Under the pieces are notes generated by a model. It was not told the DNA's origin. It saw only the letters and a list, made by a program, of their open reading frames with translations, and did not search any database. Both the position numbers and the translations under genes were made by a program. This document shows, in pieces, positions 18,922 through 34,604 of a DNA stretch of 64,000 nt (its first letter is position 1; each line of letters begins with the position of its first letter). The DNA is from Salpingoeca rosetta (taxonomy: Eukaryota; Protista; Choanoflagellata): NCBI GenBank assembly GCA_033442325.1, contig JAWQFM010000013.1, forward strand, positions 1,523,160 to 1,587,159, written 5' to 3'.

Positions 18922-19033
18922 TCAAATCACCTGTTGAAATTCCTCCAGGAGCGCATCAATTCCGCTCTTCATCGCCTCAATCATCTCCTCGTCCACCGTC
19001 AGAAACAGCTGTGAAAGTGCGTGTGTGTGTGTG

Positions 19034-19066
<33 letters not shown>

Positions 19067-19488
19067 NNNNNNNNNNNNNNNNNNNNNNNNNNNNNNNNNN
19101 NNNNNNNNNNNNNNNNNNNNNNNNNNNNNNNNNNNNNNNNNNNNNNNNNNNNNNNNNNNNNNNNNNNNNNNNNNNNNNNNNNNNNNNNNNNNNNNNNNNN
19201 NNNNNNNNNNNNNNNNNNNNNNNNNNNNNNNNNNNNNNNNNNNNNNNNNNNNNNNNNNNNNNNNNNNNNNNNNNNNNNNNNNNNNNNNNNNNNNNNNNNN
19301 NNNNNNNNNNNNNNNNNNNNNNNNNNNNNNNNNNNNNNNNNNNNNNNNNNNNNNNNNNNNNNNNNNNNNNNNNNNNNNNNNNNNNNNNNNNNNNNNNNNN
19401 NNNNNNNNNNNNNNNNNNNNNNNNNNNNNNNNNNNNNNNNNNNNNNNNNNNNNNNNNNNNNNNNNNNNNNNNNNNNNNNNNNNACGAC

Positions 19489-19587
<99 letters not shown>

Positions 19588-20182
19588 ATTTGTTGGAAGG
19601 AGCAGTTGAGCACGCCGATTCGGAGGCGAACACGTCAGCAGGAGCAAGGCAGCGTTGACAATGACACGCACCTGCGCCATACTGAAGGGTGTGGATGCAA
19701 TGGGCTTGTTGGGGTCCTGCTTGAGCAAGAACGAGCGCTCAGGACACAGCTCCAAGAACACCACAGCTGTGTGTGTGTGTGTGCATAAGGGTCACATCAT
19801 GGTAGCAGGCAAACAAAGGACCAAACGAGCGGCCACAATTGCATTGAAAAAACGCGTTGACAGTGCATGATAGAAATGGCGTGCGACCACTTCACTCAAA
19901 GCCACACGCCTGCTACAGCCACACGCCTGCTACAGCCACACATATGCACACACACACACACACATGCACACTAAATTGCACAGAGACTCAGACATGTACA
20001 CTACAGAGACTGACACATGCATATCAAGGGCACGGACCTGGCCGTAGATGTCGCACGAGGTTTGCGGCGTCCAGGGTGCTCTGCTTGCTCACATGCGCTG
20101 TGCCAAACAGGTACACGCGAACCCCTTCCACCTCACACTCCACACACTCCACTCCATCCACAGTCACCTCAGTCGACGTCAT
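18922..20182 (-). CDS. TraB/PrgY-domain protein (TRABD-like), incomplete across gap
   Basis: Exon 1 (20182-20038) VRVYLFGTAHVSKQSTLDAANLVRHLRP splices to exon 2 AVVFLELCPER, the TraB GTAH and VELC motifs. A later exon encodes LFLTVDEEMIEAMKSGIDALLEEFQQ. Confidence 0.82.
19067..19483. other. assembly gap (N run)
   Basis: Run of N between (TG)n and (CA)n tracts. Confidence 1.
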
Positions 20183-20385
20183 CGTCCTCGCTCTCTCTCC
20201 CTTTGTTCGCTCTGATTGATGTGAATGAATCAGACGGATAGTTGTGTGTGCGCACACCCCCACACAACTCCACACAACTCACTGCTTTTTCTTCTCGCTC
20301 GAAGTTGGCTGTCCTTCTCGGCTACTGTTTATGGTGTCGCGCTGCATTTCTCTGACCTTCTCTGCGCTTCCGCTGCTGTGTGTCC

Positions 20386-22199
20386 ATGCGTGCTTCGTGC
20401 TTGGTGGTGTGGGTGGCGGTGGTTGTGGCTCTGGTGGTGGTGGGGACGCACCATGGCTGCCTCGCCTTTGACTGCGAGACACACAGCCTGGCAGACGCCA
20501 CACGCATGCTCCAGACACAACGGTAAGCGTGCGTGCGTGTGCATGCGTGTGTGTGTGTGTACGTGCATGCGTGTGTGTGTACGTGCGTGTGCGTGTGTGT
20601 ACGTGCGTGTGCGTGTGTGGGGGGGGGGGCTTCTTGTATGCGTCGTGGTGATCTGCCTGCATGCTTTCGCTCAGCCTCTCGCTTGCTGGCCCTTAACAGT
20701 CCATCCCTTTCACTTCAAACACCTTCCCCTCCCCCCTTCCCCACACACACACATACACATACACTTGCCGCTCTTTCTTTGCTCCGCTCATGTATTGTGC
20801 AGGTGTCAGGAGCTTGAGGTGACGCACTCTGCAACGGTGGGTGGCACGCTGGACAGCGCCACCTTGGACGCGTTCGTGGCAGCACTGGCCGAAAACCGTG
20901 ACGTGCGCAAGGTGGAGCTGGCAGACAATGCCTTTGGCGATGAGGGCGTGCAGAAGGTCATGGGCGCCCTGCTGCAGCGCGAGCTTGACCTGTACAGCCT
21001 GGAGCTGGAGCACAACGACATCACGGATGCCGGCTTGGAGGCTGTTGTCGAGTTTCTTCGCAAGAGCTCTGCCCTGCGCAAGCTCAAGCTGGGCCACAAC
21101 GCCTTGACGGACGCCGGTGCTTCTCTTCTCGCGGAGGCCCTTCCAAACCAACTGCATGAACTCGACCTCTCCTTCAACAACATTGGCGACGCTGGCCTAC
21201 TCTCTTTGCTCCACGCAGCTTCTACCACCATGGTGTGTTTGTGTGCTTGTGTGTGTGTGTGTCTGTGTCTGTGTCTGTGTCTGTGTGTGTGTCTGTGCGG
21301 CTGTTGCTGTGTTATTGGAGAAAACTCGCTGAACTCTTACACTGTGCGTGTGTCTGTGCGTGTGTGTGTGTCTGTGCGTGTCTGTGCGTGTCGGTGTGTG
21401 TCTGTTTATCTGCGTCTGTCCGTTCGTCCGTCTGTGTATGTATGTCTGTGTGTCTGTCTGTTCGTTCGTCTGCGTGTACATGTACTTGCATTCACACACC
21501 TGTTTCCTTTCTCAAGACTCTTGCAGCTTGAAGTGGCAACGCTTGTGCGGCTTCTTCTTTGCCTGCGTTCATCGCTCACCCCGTGTCATGAAACCTCCAA
21601 CCCCCCCCCCCAACACACACACACACACACCTTCCCCAATCCCGCCAGCTGCGAGAGCTTGAACTTGAGCACAATGCTGTGACGGACCAAGGTGCAGCCG
21701 CCGCCGCATCGCTCCTCCTCGAATCTGACGACTCACTGCGCGAACTTGACCTCGACTACAACCACCTCCACGCGGACGGGCTGGCGGCACTTGCTGACTG
21801 CCAGCAGCAGCGCACAGACCGTGGCCACCGCATTCACATCAAGATTAAGACTGGTGATGGCGACTTTAGCAAGAAGCAACCACGTCGCTATCGGTCCGTG
21901 AAGCGAAGCAACGTTGCTGCTGGCTGGGACGAGCAAAGAGTCAAGCAGTGGGTGTCGGTGCGTTTTTCTGTACCATGCGTGTCTTGATTAGTTATACCTG
22001 TGCAGTTTGAGAGGAGTTGTTCACACGTATCGTGTGAGGGTTGTGGTCAATGTTGTTCTCTGTTGTTTGTTGCCTGCACTGCAGCGTGCTTCACATCACA
22101 TCACATCACACACATCACACACACACACACACATGAATGCATCACGTGCATCACACCTGCATATGCCACTTGCTCATGATTTCCTTGTTCTTGCCCTCC

Positions 22200-22284
<85 letters not shown>

Positions 22285-22472
22285 ACGCCTTGCAGGAGAT
22301 CCACCCGCAGTTCCGCAAGTACGGTGCACTGATGACGGCCAACGCGGTCAACGGAGATGTGCTTGCAGGCTTGACGGACATCGACCTGCAAACCATGGGG
22401 GTGGACAACGCCATGCACCGCCGCCGCTTGCTCGCTGAGATTCGCCGCCTCACCTCATATGACGAGCTCTGA
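20386..22472 (+). CDS. RNI-like leucine-rich repeat protein with C-terminal SAM domain and predicted N-terminal signal peptide (multi-exon)
   Basis: Exon 1 MRASCLVVWVAVVVALVVVGTHHG.. splices in phase 2 to LRRs (LELEHNDITDAG, LKLGHNALTDAG, LDLSFNNIGDAG, LDLDYNHLHADG). SAM: WDEQRVKQWV..FRKYGALMTANAVNGDVLAGLTDIDLQTMGVDNAMHRRRLLAEIRRL. Confidence 0.85.
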
Positions 22473-22513
22473 TGCCCACACTGTTGTGTTGCCCTCTCGC
22501 GCTGCTGCTGCTG

Positions 22514-22583
<70 letters not shown>

Positions 22584-23086
22584 CTCTGGCATGCTGCGTG
22601 TGCGTTACATGATGTTGTCCCCCACCTCGACTGTAAAAGCGTGTCCTGCCTCTTGGCTCTCCTTTGCTGCGCTTGTTTTCTGACTGTGCATTAAACGTCG
22701 ACAATGTGATGCTGGTGATGATGCTCGAGCAACAACTGCACCTACCGGCATTGAAGTGCGCTGTGGCTCTATGCACATCACGGCCACTTACAACATTACC
22801 GCCTCTCAGCACGCACACACACAGTCACAAACTCAGGCAGGATGCTGTTCAATAATTCCTGGTTTGCTTCACGTGGTGACCTGCCCTTGTTGTGGCATGG
22901 TTTTTACTTGTGCGTCGACCACCGTTCGAGGCATGATATGATGGTGACGACAACGTAGGCTCAAGTGCACGGGAAGGCGTGCATCGCCGAGTGCCGGGTC
23001 ACCAGCCAAGCAGAGAACCAGGAATGAGATGCAACGTCAACACAGCGGCACACAATGACAATGGGGGGAGAGAGGGTGCAGGGTGC

Positions 23087-24400
<1,314 letters not shown>

Positions 24401-25038
24401 GGCGGCGGTGTGTGTTGGGTCTGGGTCGGCGACAAAGAAGGCCTGAAACAGCTTTACGAGCAATTGAATTACAAAAGGCGCGAAGGGTGGTTTGAGGTGA
24501 GCATGCACACAGGGCGTGTGTATGGTGGTGGTGTTGTGTTGTGTGTGGTGTTGTGTGGTGTAGCTGTGCGGCGGTTGTTTGTAGATGTGATTGATGCTGG
24601 CATTGGGAGGTATGCTTTGCTCTCCATCCAGTGTTTCACAGACACAGACACAAACACAGACGCAGACACACACAGACACGCGGCGTGCTTCATGTTCGTC
24701 TTCTTCCACCGCCCCAACACCGTCTCTCATGTACACTTCGCAAGCAAGCACCACCAGCCACCACAGCCGCTCCCATCTCCGCACACACACACGCACTCAC
24801 ATGCGGTCAAAGAGAAAAAGGGCGAGCGCACAAGGCAGCACATGCGAAAAGCAAATTTGCGAAAGATGCAGCAAATTTTCCACAGAAGACGACCAAACCA
24901 GATGACAATTCACCAATGACACCATCCAAAATTCGGCACGCTCAGCGGTATTAGATGCCCACTGAATCCGATACATCAAATATTATAATTTTGTGTGTGC
25001 AAGGGAAGGACAGCAAGAACGACTGAGACAGTGCACCG

Positions 25039-25712
25039 ATGTTGAAGGGAGTTGTGAAGATGCTGTGGGTGGCTGCGGCTCTTGTTGTTGTGGCTGCTAC
25101 AGCCGGTGCTGCTGTCGCGAGTGAGAATGGCAACGATGACGGCTTGAAGGATCACCCAGTGGTTGGAACAGCCAGCTATTCCTTGGATGGAACCTGGGTG
25201 GCGACAGCGCACGGGTCCTCGCAATCATACCAAGTCATCGCGCAGGTGTTTGTGTTTGTGTTTGTGTTCGTGTTCGTGTTTGTGTTTGTGTTTGTGTCTG
25301 TGTCTGTGTTTGTGCTTGTGCTTGTGCTTGTGCTTGTGCTTGTGCTTGTGCTTGTGCTTGTGCTTGTGCTTGTGCTTGTGTGTTTGTATCTGTGCTTGTG
25401 CTTGTGCTTGTGTTTGTGTTTGTGTGTTTGTGTCTGTGCTTGTGTCGTGCTATGCTTGTCTTGCTTTGTGCAAATGGTAAAGCTGGTGAGCCCGCTGAAC
25501 GCACCCGTGCACACGTGCACACAACAACGACTGCAGGTGCCCGGTGACTTGATCTCGGACCTGGAGCGTCAAGAGTACATCGGCAACCCCCTGTACGAAG
25601 TCAACTTCCTCAACTCCACCATTTGGCACTCGTACAATTGGACATACACTCGAAACATCTCTTTGCCAGGCCTCAACCAAGGTTTTTGTTTTTTCACAGA
25701 TACGCAGACATG

Positions 25713-25807
<95 letters not shown>

Positions 25808-26519
25808 AAGGGGGTACGCTTTGTGATTTCACCGCTGTGTTTTGATGTCATGTGCCACCTGTGGTGTTCAGCGACAAGCGCGCATTACACCCTCACCATG
25901 CGCACGAAACACCCTGCTTTGTGGACTACTAGGGGAGCGGTACATGCTCGTCTTTGATGGCGTGAAGATGGGCGCCACCGCATACGTGAACGGCCACCGC
26001 GTAGCAGTGATGACAGACCAGTTCCTCCGCTACACCGTCGACGTGACCCAATGGGCACGCGCTGGCTACAATGACATTGCCGTCACCTTTGACCCCGCCA
26101 TGGACGTCAACGGAAGATTCATGGCATGGTGCGTGTGTGTGTGTGTGTGCGTTTGCTTGTTCTTGTTCTTGTGTGCTTCGTGCATGTGGGCTTCTGACTG
26201 TGCACGATGTAACTTCACGACCAACTGCGTGTGCTTTTGTTGCATTTATCTTCGCTTCTCCCAATCGCAGCACTGGCGGGTGGGACTGGGCGTTCTACAC
26301 CAACACAGCGAACCACGGCTGCTCCACCTTCACAAAGGGCATCTGGAAGAGCGTGTACATCGTCAAGGTCCGTGCCCATGCCTCTAGCTGCACAATCAAG
26401 TGGGAGGGGAGGCGAAGGCGGAGCTGTGTCGTTTACAAGCAAATCAGCACTCGCCCCCGAAGCACAGTGCTCTGGCATTCTCACTCGCCCACACATACGT
26501 GCTTACTTACTCACTCACG

Positions 26520-26574
<55 letters not shown>

Positions 26575-28620
26575 ATACACGCTGCCTTAGGCTGCGCCTG
26601 TGGCGGTGACGCATCTGGTGCCGCACGTCTTCTACAACGGATCGTATCCGAACAAACCGCTGCAAGACGACAACCACGGCGACTTTGAGGTGCACGTAAA
26701 GGTGTTCTTCTGGACACACGCGGCGCAGCACGTGTCCATCACCGCAACGGGCGAGTGGGGCGCGACAGCTTCGACCTCCGTCGTCTCCGAACCCGTCAGT
26801 CACACGCATACACACAACCACACAACCACACAACCACACAACCACGCATACACACAACCACACAACCACACAAAAACACAAAAACACAAAAACACAACCA
26901 CACAACCACACAACCACACAAAAACACAACCACACAAAAACATGAGCATTGACTGCTGCTGTGTCAACGCACACTTCGGCGACTATTATGTCATCGTCAC
27001 TCTCGCACTTACTTATTGCGTGCTCATGTCCTCACAACCTTTGGTCCATGCAATTACCTGCAGGGCGACAACGTGCACATGCTGAAGTTGCGTGCGACTG
27101 CTGCTGACATTGACCTGTGGTGGCCGGTTGGCATGGGAGATCATCCCCTCTACACCGTCACGGCCTCTGTATCCGCTGGTGGTGCCCCCGTCACCGCCCA
27201 ACGCAACATCGGATTCAGGTCAAAACACGTGCTTGTGTGTGTGTGTCTGTCTGTGTCTGTCTGTGTGTGTGTGTGTGTGTCTGTCTGTCTGTGTGTGTGT
27301 GTGTGTCTGTGTGTGTCTGTGTGTGTCTGTGTGTGTGTGTCTGTGTGTGTCTGTGTGTGTGTCTGTGTGTCTGTGTCTGTGTGTCTGTGTCTGTGTGTCT
27401 GTGTGCCTGCGTCTGTCTGTCATCCCTGTGCACCACTCACCGCTCACAACTACCACCGCCGCCCCCACCCCACCACCGCGACTGCTCACCATAACTGTCC
27501 CCAATGACATCTCCACGCAGGGTGTTTGCGCTTGTGACGGGTAACGACACCAACCCCGAATACGTCAAGAAAAACATGCACGCAGATGGGACTGACACGC
27601 AGGGCATGCTGTTCCGCGTCAACGGTGAGAACTAGCAGCAGATATGGCGGTGGTGGTGGTGGTGGTGCTTGGATCTTGGTTTATGTGTACGTGGCTGATT
27701 GTAATGGGATGGGATGTCAATGCAAGCACCTGCCACAACAGCCACGTTATCAACACACACACACACATACATATATGCTCACACACATACACACATACAC
27801 CAGGCGCTGCGATATACTCGCGCGGGGCGAACATGATACCGATGGAGGAACTTGAGGGCCGGCTCAACGGCACCGCACACCGGCAGCTCGTGCAGAGCGC
27901 TGTCGACGGTACGCGCAACACCGTGGCAGTGGTCGTGGTGGTCGTGGTCGCAAGGAGAGAAGTGTGCTCGTGCATGATACCATGACATGCTCACACACTC
28001 ACTCACACACTCACACACACACACACACACTCACGCACTTACTCATTCACTCACTCATCCACCCACTTTCACTCACTCACTCACTCACTCACTCACTCAC
28101 TCACTCACTCACTCACTCACTCACTCACTCACTCGCACATACACACCACTTCACGGACATATGACCATCTGCCCTCATCTCGTTGTAGGCGGAATGAACA
28201 CGCTGCGTGTGTGGGGCGGCGGTATCTTCCTGCCAGACGCGTGGTACGACGCCTGCGACCGGCTCGGTGTGCTCGTCTATCACGACATGCAGGTGCGTAC
28301 AGCTGTGTGCTTGCACCTGTGTGCTTGCACCTGTGTGCTGTCGTGATGAATTTCTTGCTTCCTTGCTTTGTTTCCATTGTGCGTCTGCTTGTGCCTGTGT
28401 AGCTTGAAGCTGCGTCCTTGCATCAACACTCCGACGTTGGCATGTCTTGTGGTTGCCACTCACCCACCTGTCCCCTCGTCCCCTTGTCCCTGTCTCTCGT
28501 CCTCCGCCTGCTTCTCTGTGCAGTATGCACAGCGGGGCCATTCGCCCACAAACGACAGCACGCAGACTGCAGAGCTCCAGCACCAGGTTGGGACGCGCAA
28601 ATGCGTGTGCGAATTGCGAA

Positions 28621-28669
<49 letters not shown>

Positions 28670-30673
28670 CTGTGCGTCTCTGTGCGCGCTCTCGCGTTCT
28701 TGTTGCATTTCGAGAACAGCACCGTACAATACCGCACGTCAGCCACCATGCCATTGAAGTCCTCTGTTTTGTTGCGCATGTGTGCATTAACTCACACGAT
28801 TGCGCTTGTTGCCCTCCTTCTCACGTGCGTGTGCATGTGATCACGTTCATCAGATTCGGCGGCTGTCGCACCACCCGAGCATTGTCATCTGGGACGGGTG
28901 CAACGAGTGCCACGTTGTGATCCACACACCAACAGGTGTCGACACACACTCTTGCAGCGCCATTGGTGGTGCCATTCGCAGCCTTGCTTGACGTGCATTT
29001 CCGCTCGCACAACGAACAAGCGACCAAACGCCCTTTCATTCACACACACACACATATTCACGCGCGCGCGCACATTCACTCATTCACGCACACGCACACA
29101 TACGACAAACGTGCATTCGTGCAACCCCCCCCCCCCATCCCCCCGCCAAGGCATTTATGCGACGTTTGTGATGACGCTCGTTGCGGCTGAGGATGCGTCG
29201 CGCGTGATCTGGCCGTCCTGTCCGGCCCCGGGATGGACAAACGGCGTCAACCGCCTCACGGGTCTTCCAAACGGCTCCCCGCTCGGCCTCCTGCCACGCG
29301 CAACCCCACCACCGTCATCGTCATCGTCATCGTCGTCGTCGTCGCTGTGTCGTTTCCAAGAGAACACAGACTATGAAGCCGGCACCGTCTGGACACACCC
29401 CACCGCTTCTACACAGGTGTCGCAATTCTGTTGTCTTGTGAACGTGCGAGTGTATATGTGTGGTGTGTATGTGTGTGTGTGTGTGTGTGTGGTGTATGTA
29501 TGTATGTGTGTATGTGTGTGTGTGTGTGTGTCCGTGTGCGTTTTCATGTGTATGTGTGTTTGCATTGCCTTTTCTCGTGCATCTTCACATCCCCCACCCT
29601 CTTCTCTCCATCACCATCACTACCGCCACCTCCACCACCGCTGTAGGAGACGTGCTGTGGCGAGTGCAGCCGCAACAGCACGTGCGATATTGCCGTGTTC
29701 TACGAATCAACGTGCTGGTTCAAGCGCAACACCAGCGCGCCATCCTACCGCCAAGGTCGCACGGCATGCTTCCCGCCGGGTGCCGGGCCCATCCCAACGC
29801 CGCAGCCAGCGCCGCCGTCACCAGGCAACATCGAGACACATGGCCCATACCAGCACGGCTCGGTGTGTTGTGCACATTGGATGGAGAAGGGGCGGGGGAG
29901 GTGACTGCCGTCGCTGCTGTGCAGTGTGTGTGTGTGTGTCTATCTTGTGTGTGCTGTTGACGGTTTTGTGTTGCAACGTATTGCGTTGTGTTTGCTGTCT
30001 TGGTGTGCTGTGTTGGGCTAGCTTGTGTGACATGATGCTGTGGCCGCTTATTGTTCGACCTCGCGTACTCACACCCCATTGCCGTGTGCGTGTGTGTCAA
30101 TAGGGGTTCCCTGCAATGAACGGAAGCCCACAACTTCAGCTCTTTGATGCAAACATCCCCATCTCCCTCACTCCGTACCTGGTAATCGCATGTCGTGCGC
30201 TCACATGCCATGACGACGACCGCACATTACGTGAAGCGCAACGGAATGCTGTACCATCATTGTCTATGCCTGTCCACACGCGCACACAGCGAACAAGCGA
30301 ATACAAACTTACTCGCACACATACTCACCACAATGCACACACACTCGCACACATACTCACCACAATGCACGCACACATACTCACCACAACACACACACAC
30401 ACAGACTGGCCCACAATACCACAGCGTGTATGCGTCTGAGTTTGGGTGTGTGGTGATGTCGTCGTTTGAGTCGATGGCGCCGACTTTGGCCAAGGAGCAC
30501 TGGGGACTGCACGGCGGCGCGCCCCCAGACAACTGCACGGGTGAGATGGCCGGGCCACGCATGAATTGGGAAGAAGAGGGGGGGGGTGGCTGCTGATGGC
30601 TTGTTCGAAGTTGCATACGTGTGGATGTAAGTGGATATGCGAACGTATGCAGGCAATTGCCCACCTGCGCTTC

Positions 30674-30722
<49 letters not shown>

Positions 30723-32165
30723 GTCATCATCATCATCATGGCTGCTGTTGTTGCCCAGGCGGGTTCAGCCCCGTGTGCCACGGCGACAACGTGATGGCAC
30801 AGCGTAACTACCCGTGTGACAGCATCGTACTCGTGTACTTCGGCGAACAGGACCTCAACGCCACCGGCGCAGACGCCTTTAAGAAACAGCTCTACATGGT
30901 ACGCGTGTGTGTGATGAGTGTGTGTGATGTGATGTGTGTGTGTGTGTGTGATGTGTGTACATGTGTTCGTCGTGTTTGTTGTCAGTTGTGCCCGCTTGCG
31001 CTTTCATGGATATGTTTTCATTCTTTGCTGGCTGCTTCGCGCTATCTTTGCCATCCCTCCACTTCACTGACCCTCCTTGTTGATACTTGACATGTGTTGT
31101 TCATCGTTTCGATCACGCCACACCACTCTTATAACCACCATCATTGTTGTCACCCCTCGTCACCACCACCGCCGCCACCGCCACCGCTACCACAGTGCAT
31201 GATTGGGCAAGCGCTGAACATCAAGAGCAACATCGAGACCCGACGCGGCACGAACCAGTTTGGAACGCTCATCTGGCAGCTGAACGAGATCTGGCCAACC
31301 GGCGGCTGGGGCTCGCTCGAATACGGCACGCCAGGGCAGCCGGGGCAGGTAAGGAGAGGGAAGGGGGTGATGGATTGCTGGTGTTGAAGGGAGGGTTAGT
31401 GGCAAAGGTGCCTCCTTTACGTTTAGTGGCATGTTTAATGACAGCCTGTGCACGCTCTTCTCCCATCCTCACCCCCTTCAAACAAACACAAACACAAACA
31501 CAAACACATCACCACACACACACACACACACACACATTTACACTCACACATCAACACACACACACACACACACACCCAAACAAACCTGTGCTCCCTTCCA
31601 CCGCTGCAGGTGATTGGTGGGCGGTGGAAGCCGCTACACTACTGGCTCAAGTCGTCCATCTATGCAGACACGATGGCGGCGTGCGACGGGGCAGGCGTGT
31701 GCTACATCAAGAACGATGCAGCGCGCGCATTCACAGGGCGCGTCACAGTCACTGCAGTGCCGTTCAACGGCAGCCCTTCGTCTGTCCTCAAGGCGTTGGA
31801 TGTGTCGCTGGATGCCGGCGCCGGGGTGACGCAATGGTTCACAGTGGACCTCTCGTCCATCAACTACAACAGCACCGTGCTGCTGATTGAAGTGGCGGAC
31901 ACAACAACAACAGCAGCAGCAGCAGCAGGTGCCAACGATGATGGCGACAGCGGTGTCATCGTGTCATCAAATGTGCAGGCGCTGACGCCACCACAATACA
32001 TGCAGCTGTCCCCCGCTGACGTGTCGTTCACGGTTGCAGACACGGCGAGCAGTGATGGCACCATTGACATTACCGTCACCACCACAGCGCCGGCAATGTA
32101 TGTGACGTTGACCACGCTCGCACAGGGCAGATTCTCAGATAACGCTTTCCTCCTCACGTCAACCA

Positions 32166-32235
<70 letters not shown>

Positions 32236-32465
32236 ATGTGTGCTTGAAATGTGTGTGTGAGAGTCTGCTGCGCGGGCTTGTTGGTGCAATTCGTAAACCC
32301 ATGAGCGGCTCACGCACACATACACATACGCACATACACTCGCCAACGCGTTGTGGCTATCTGTAATAGGTTGTTCAGTTCATTCCATTTCTGCCAACAA
32401 CACCGGCACAGCTGAAGCAGTCGCTTCGCATCGAGCACCTGCAGCAGTACACGGCACACGCGTAG
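25039..32465 (+). CDS. secreted/lysosomal GH2 beta-mannosidase-like glycosidase with inserted PAN/apple domain (many exons)
   Basis: Signal peptide; VPGDLISDL; LVFDGV; GGWDWA; [13 protein letters not shown]; RGANMIP; [10 protein letters not shown]; [17 protein letters not shown] (acid/base); ASEFG (nucleophile); IWQLNEIWP; GRFSDNAF. Last exon ends QYTAHA-stop. Confidence 0.92.
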
Positions 32466-32862
32466 CCGTCCTCTGTGTGTGTGTGTGTGTGTGTTGGGGT
32501 TCTTGTGTTTGTATTGTGCTGGCTGCTGCTTCGTGAGACCATAATGTGTGCCTTGTTTGGTTCGCTTGCTTGCTGGTTTTAATTTGGCTCCCACATGGCG
32601 GTAACGAGAGGAGCTGGATGCGATAAACAACGCGCCCAACCCCAAGCATGTGTGCGGGCGCCCTGTTGCTGTTGTTGTTACATGTTCCCTCTTCAATCTC
32701 ATACACGCGTACATGCGCACATCGCATGCCACGATCATCGTTGCCGCCACAATTGTAAACACTGAACGCTGACGCATCAAATCAACATGATGCCACACAG
32801 CAACTGCAACCTCTCAACACCACCACACCACTACACCCCTGTCATCACACCACTGCACACCA

Positions 32863-33625
32863 CTACACACCACTGCCATTAGTGGCGGGTGTGCAGCCTG
32901 CCTGTTGCGAGCTCGAGCCGTACGCTGTGTCCCCTGTATGCGGCCTGGATCCGTAGCGCAGCCGCCTCCCGTCGACGCGCCTGGTGACGATGATGATGAC
33001 GACGACGATGATGTGACAATGATGGTGGTGATGGTGGTGGTGGTGGTGGTGGTGGTGGTGGTGGTGGTGGTGGTGGTGAGGCAGTGGCATTGGCAGAGAA
33101 GGCAACGTATACCGGTGGCGAAGATCAAACACACGCACATACACACATACATACACATACACAAACAAACAAGCAAACACACACACACACAAACAAACAA
33201 ACAATCAAAACACACATGCACACATACACACACACATGCGCAGGTGCTGGTTGGCACGTACCAGATCTTCCTCCTCCTTCTTTCTTCTTGCCTCTTCCCT
33301 CAACACCTTGTACATCTTCCGCACTTGACTCCCCCTGCACAACAGCAGCAACAAAGTGTAAGCGAGTGACCATTGTGTGTGTGTGTGTGTTTGTATGTTT
33401 GTATGTATGGATGTGTGTGTGTGTGTCATCGCCTCCAACAAGAGCCATGTTTCCGCTGCTGCCGCTGCTGCTGTTACCGCCTCTCACCTGAATGCGGCCT
33501 GGATTCTCGCTGCTGCCTGGTCGTGGGTCAGAGCAGGAGGGTTGTATGGGTTGTGCCTGCACATCAAACACACGTGTTGCATGTAATGTAACCGTGCATT
33601 CAAGGACATGCGTGTGTGTATGCGT

Positions 33626-33668
<43 letters not shown>

Positions 33669-34508
33669 TGACCACCAAGCGTGTCGAGTCGTGCGTGGGT
33701 TGCTGGTCAAACAGGAGCCAAGTATCGCTTGCCCCACCCTTTTTCCTCCCCAACGACTGCTATCCCTAGCAGCAGCAGCAGGAACTCGGCCCCAATCAAG
33801 CTGTCACCGAGTGAAAACAGGCACAGGTCTGTGTACCGTTTGAGAAACGTGCCCAGCCAGTCAATGGGGTTGAAGTTGACAGCGTGCTCCGGGTGCTTTG
33901 TAAACGCCATTGAAGGATCTTCATACTGCTGGCGAATGTCCTGTGCATTCGCCATTTGATGGTGCGGTGGTGGAGGGGGGTAGGCATGTGAGAAGTCAAT
34001 GAACCACATGCAAGCTTGCGTGTGTGTGTGTGTGTGTGCGACCCGCCATGACACTTACGCGTGGGATGTGGTACTTGATGGCAAGGATGAGTTTGTCGAG
34101 TGCAAGCTCCAGCGTTGGCCACAGCTTCTCTTTAAGGTACACACCCTCGTCGGCTGGATTTGCAATGGCGATGGCAGTGGAGATTGCACACAGGTTGTGT
34201 GTGCGTGAGCACGCAAACGCACTGTCATGCATGGAAAACACGTGCCAAGTGCAACAAGAGCCGGGCATTCACATGCCAGGCAGCACACTGCTATTCGCAA
34301 CAAGTCATGCAGTCGCGGTGCTTGGGCGTACAAGTTGGTTGCAAGATGGTGAAGAGCCGAGCTGAAGCGGGCAAGGTTCGAGGCAGCTGCTCCGGTGGTG
34401 GGGGCACGCTGCATGCATATGGGGGCGGGAAGAATTGAAGTCGCGAGATGACATGTGAGCGGCACAATAACACACACAGGCCAGCACATCACATCACATC
34501 ACATCACA

Positions 34509-34604
<96 letters not shown>

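Noticed and set aside
20453-20522. ATG at 20453 (MAASPL) as LRR-SAM start
   Set aside because: Out of phase with the next exon given the GTAAG donor and the acceptor at 20802.
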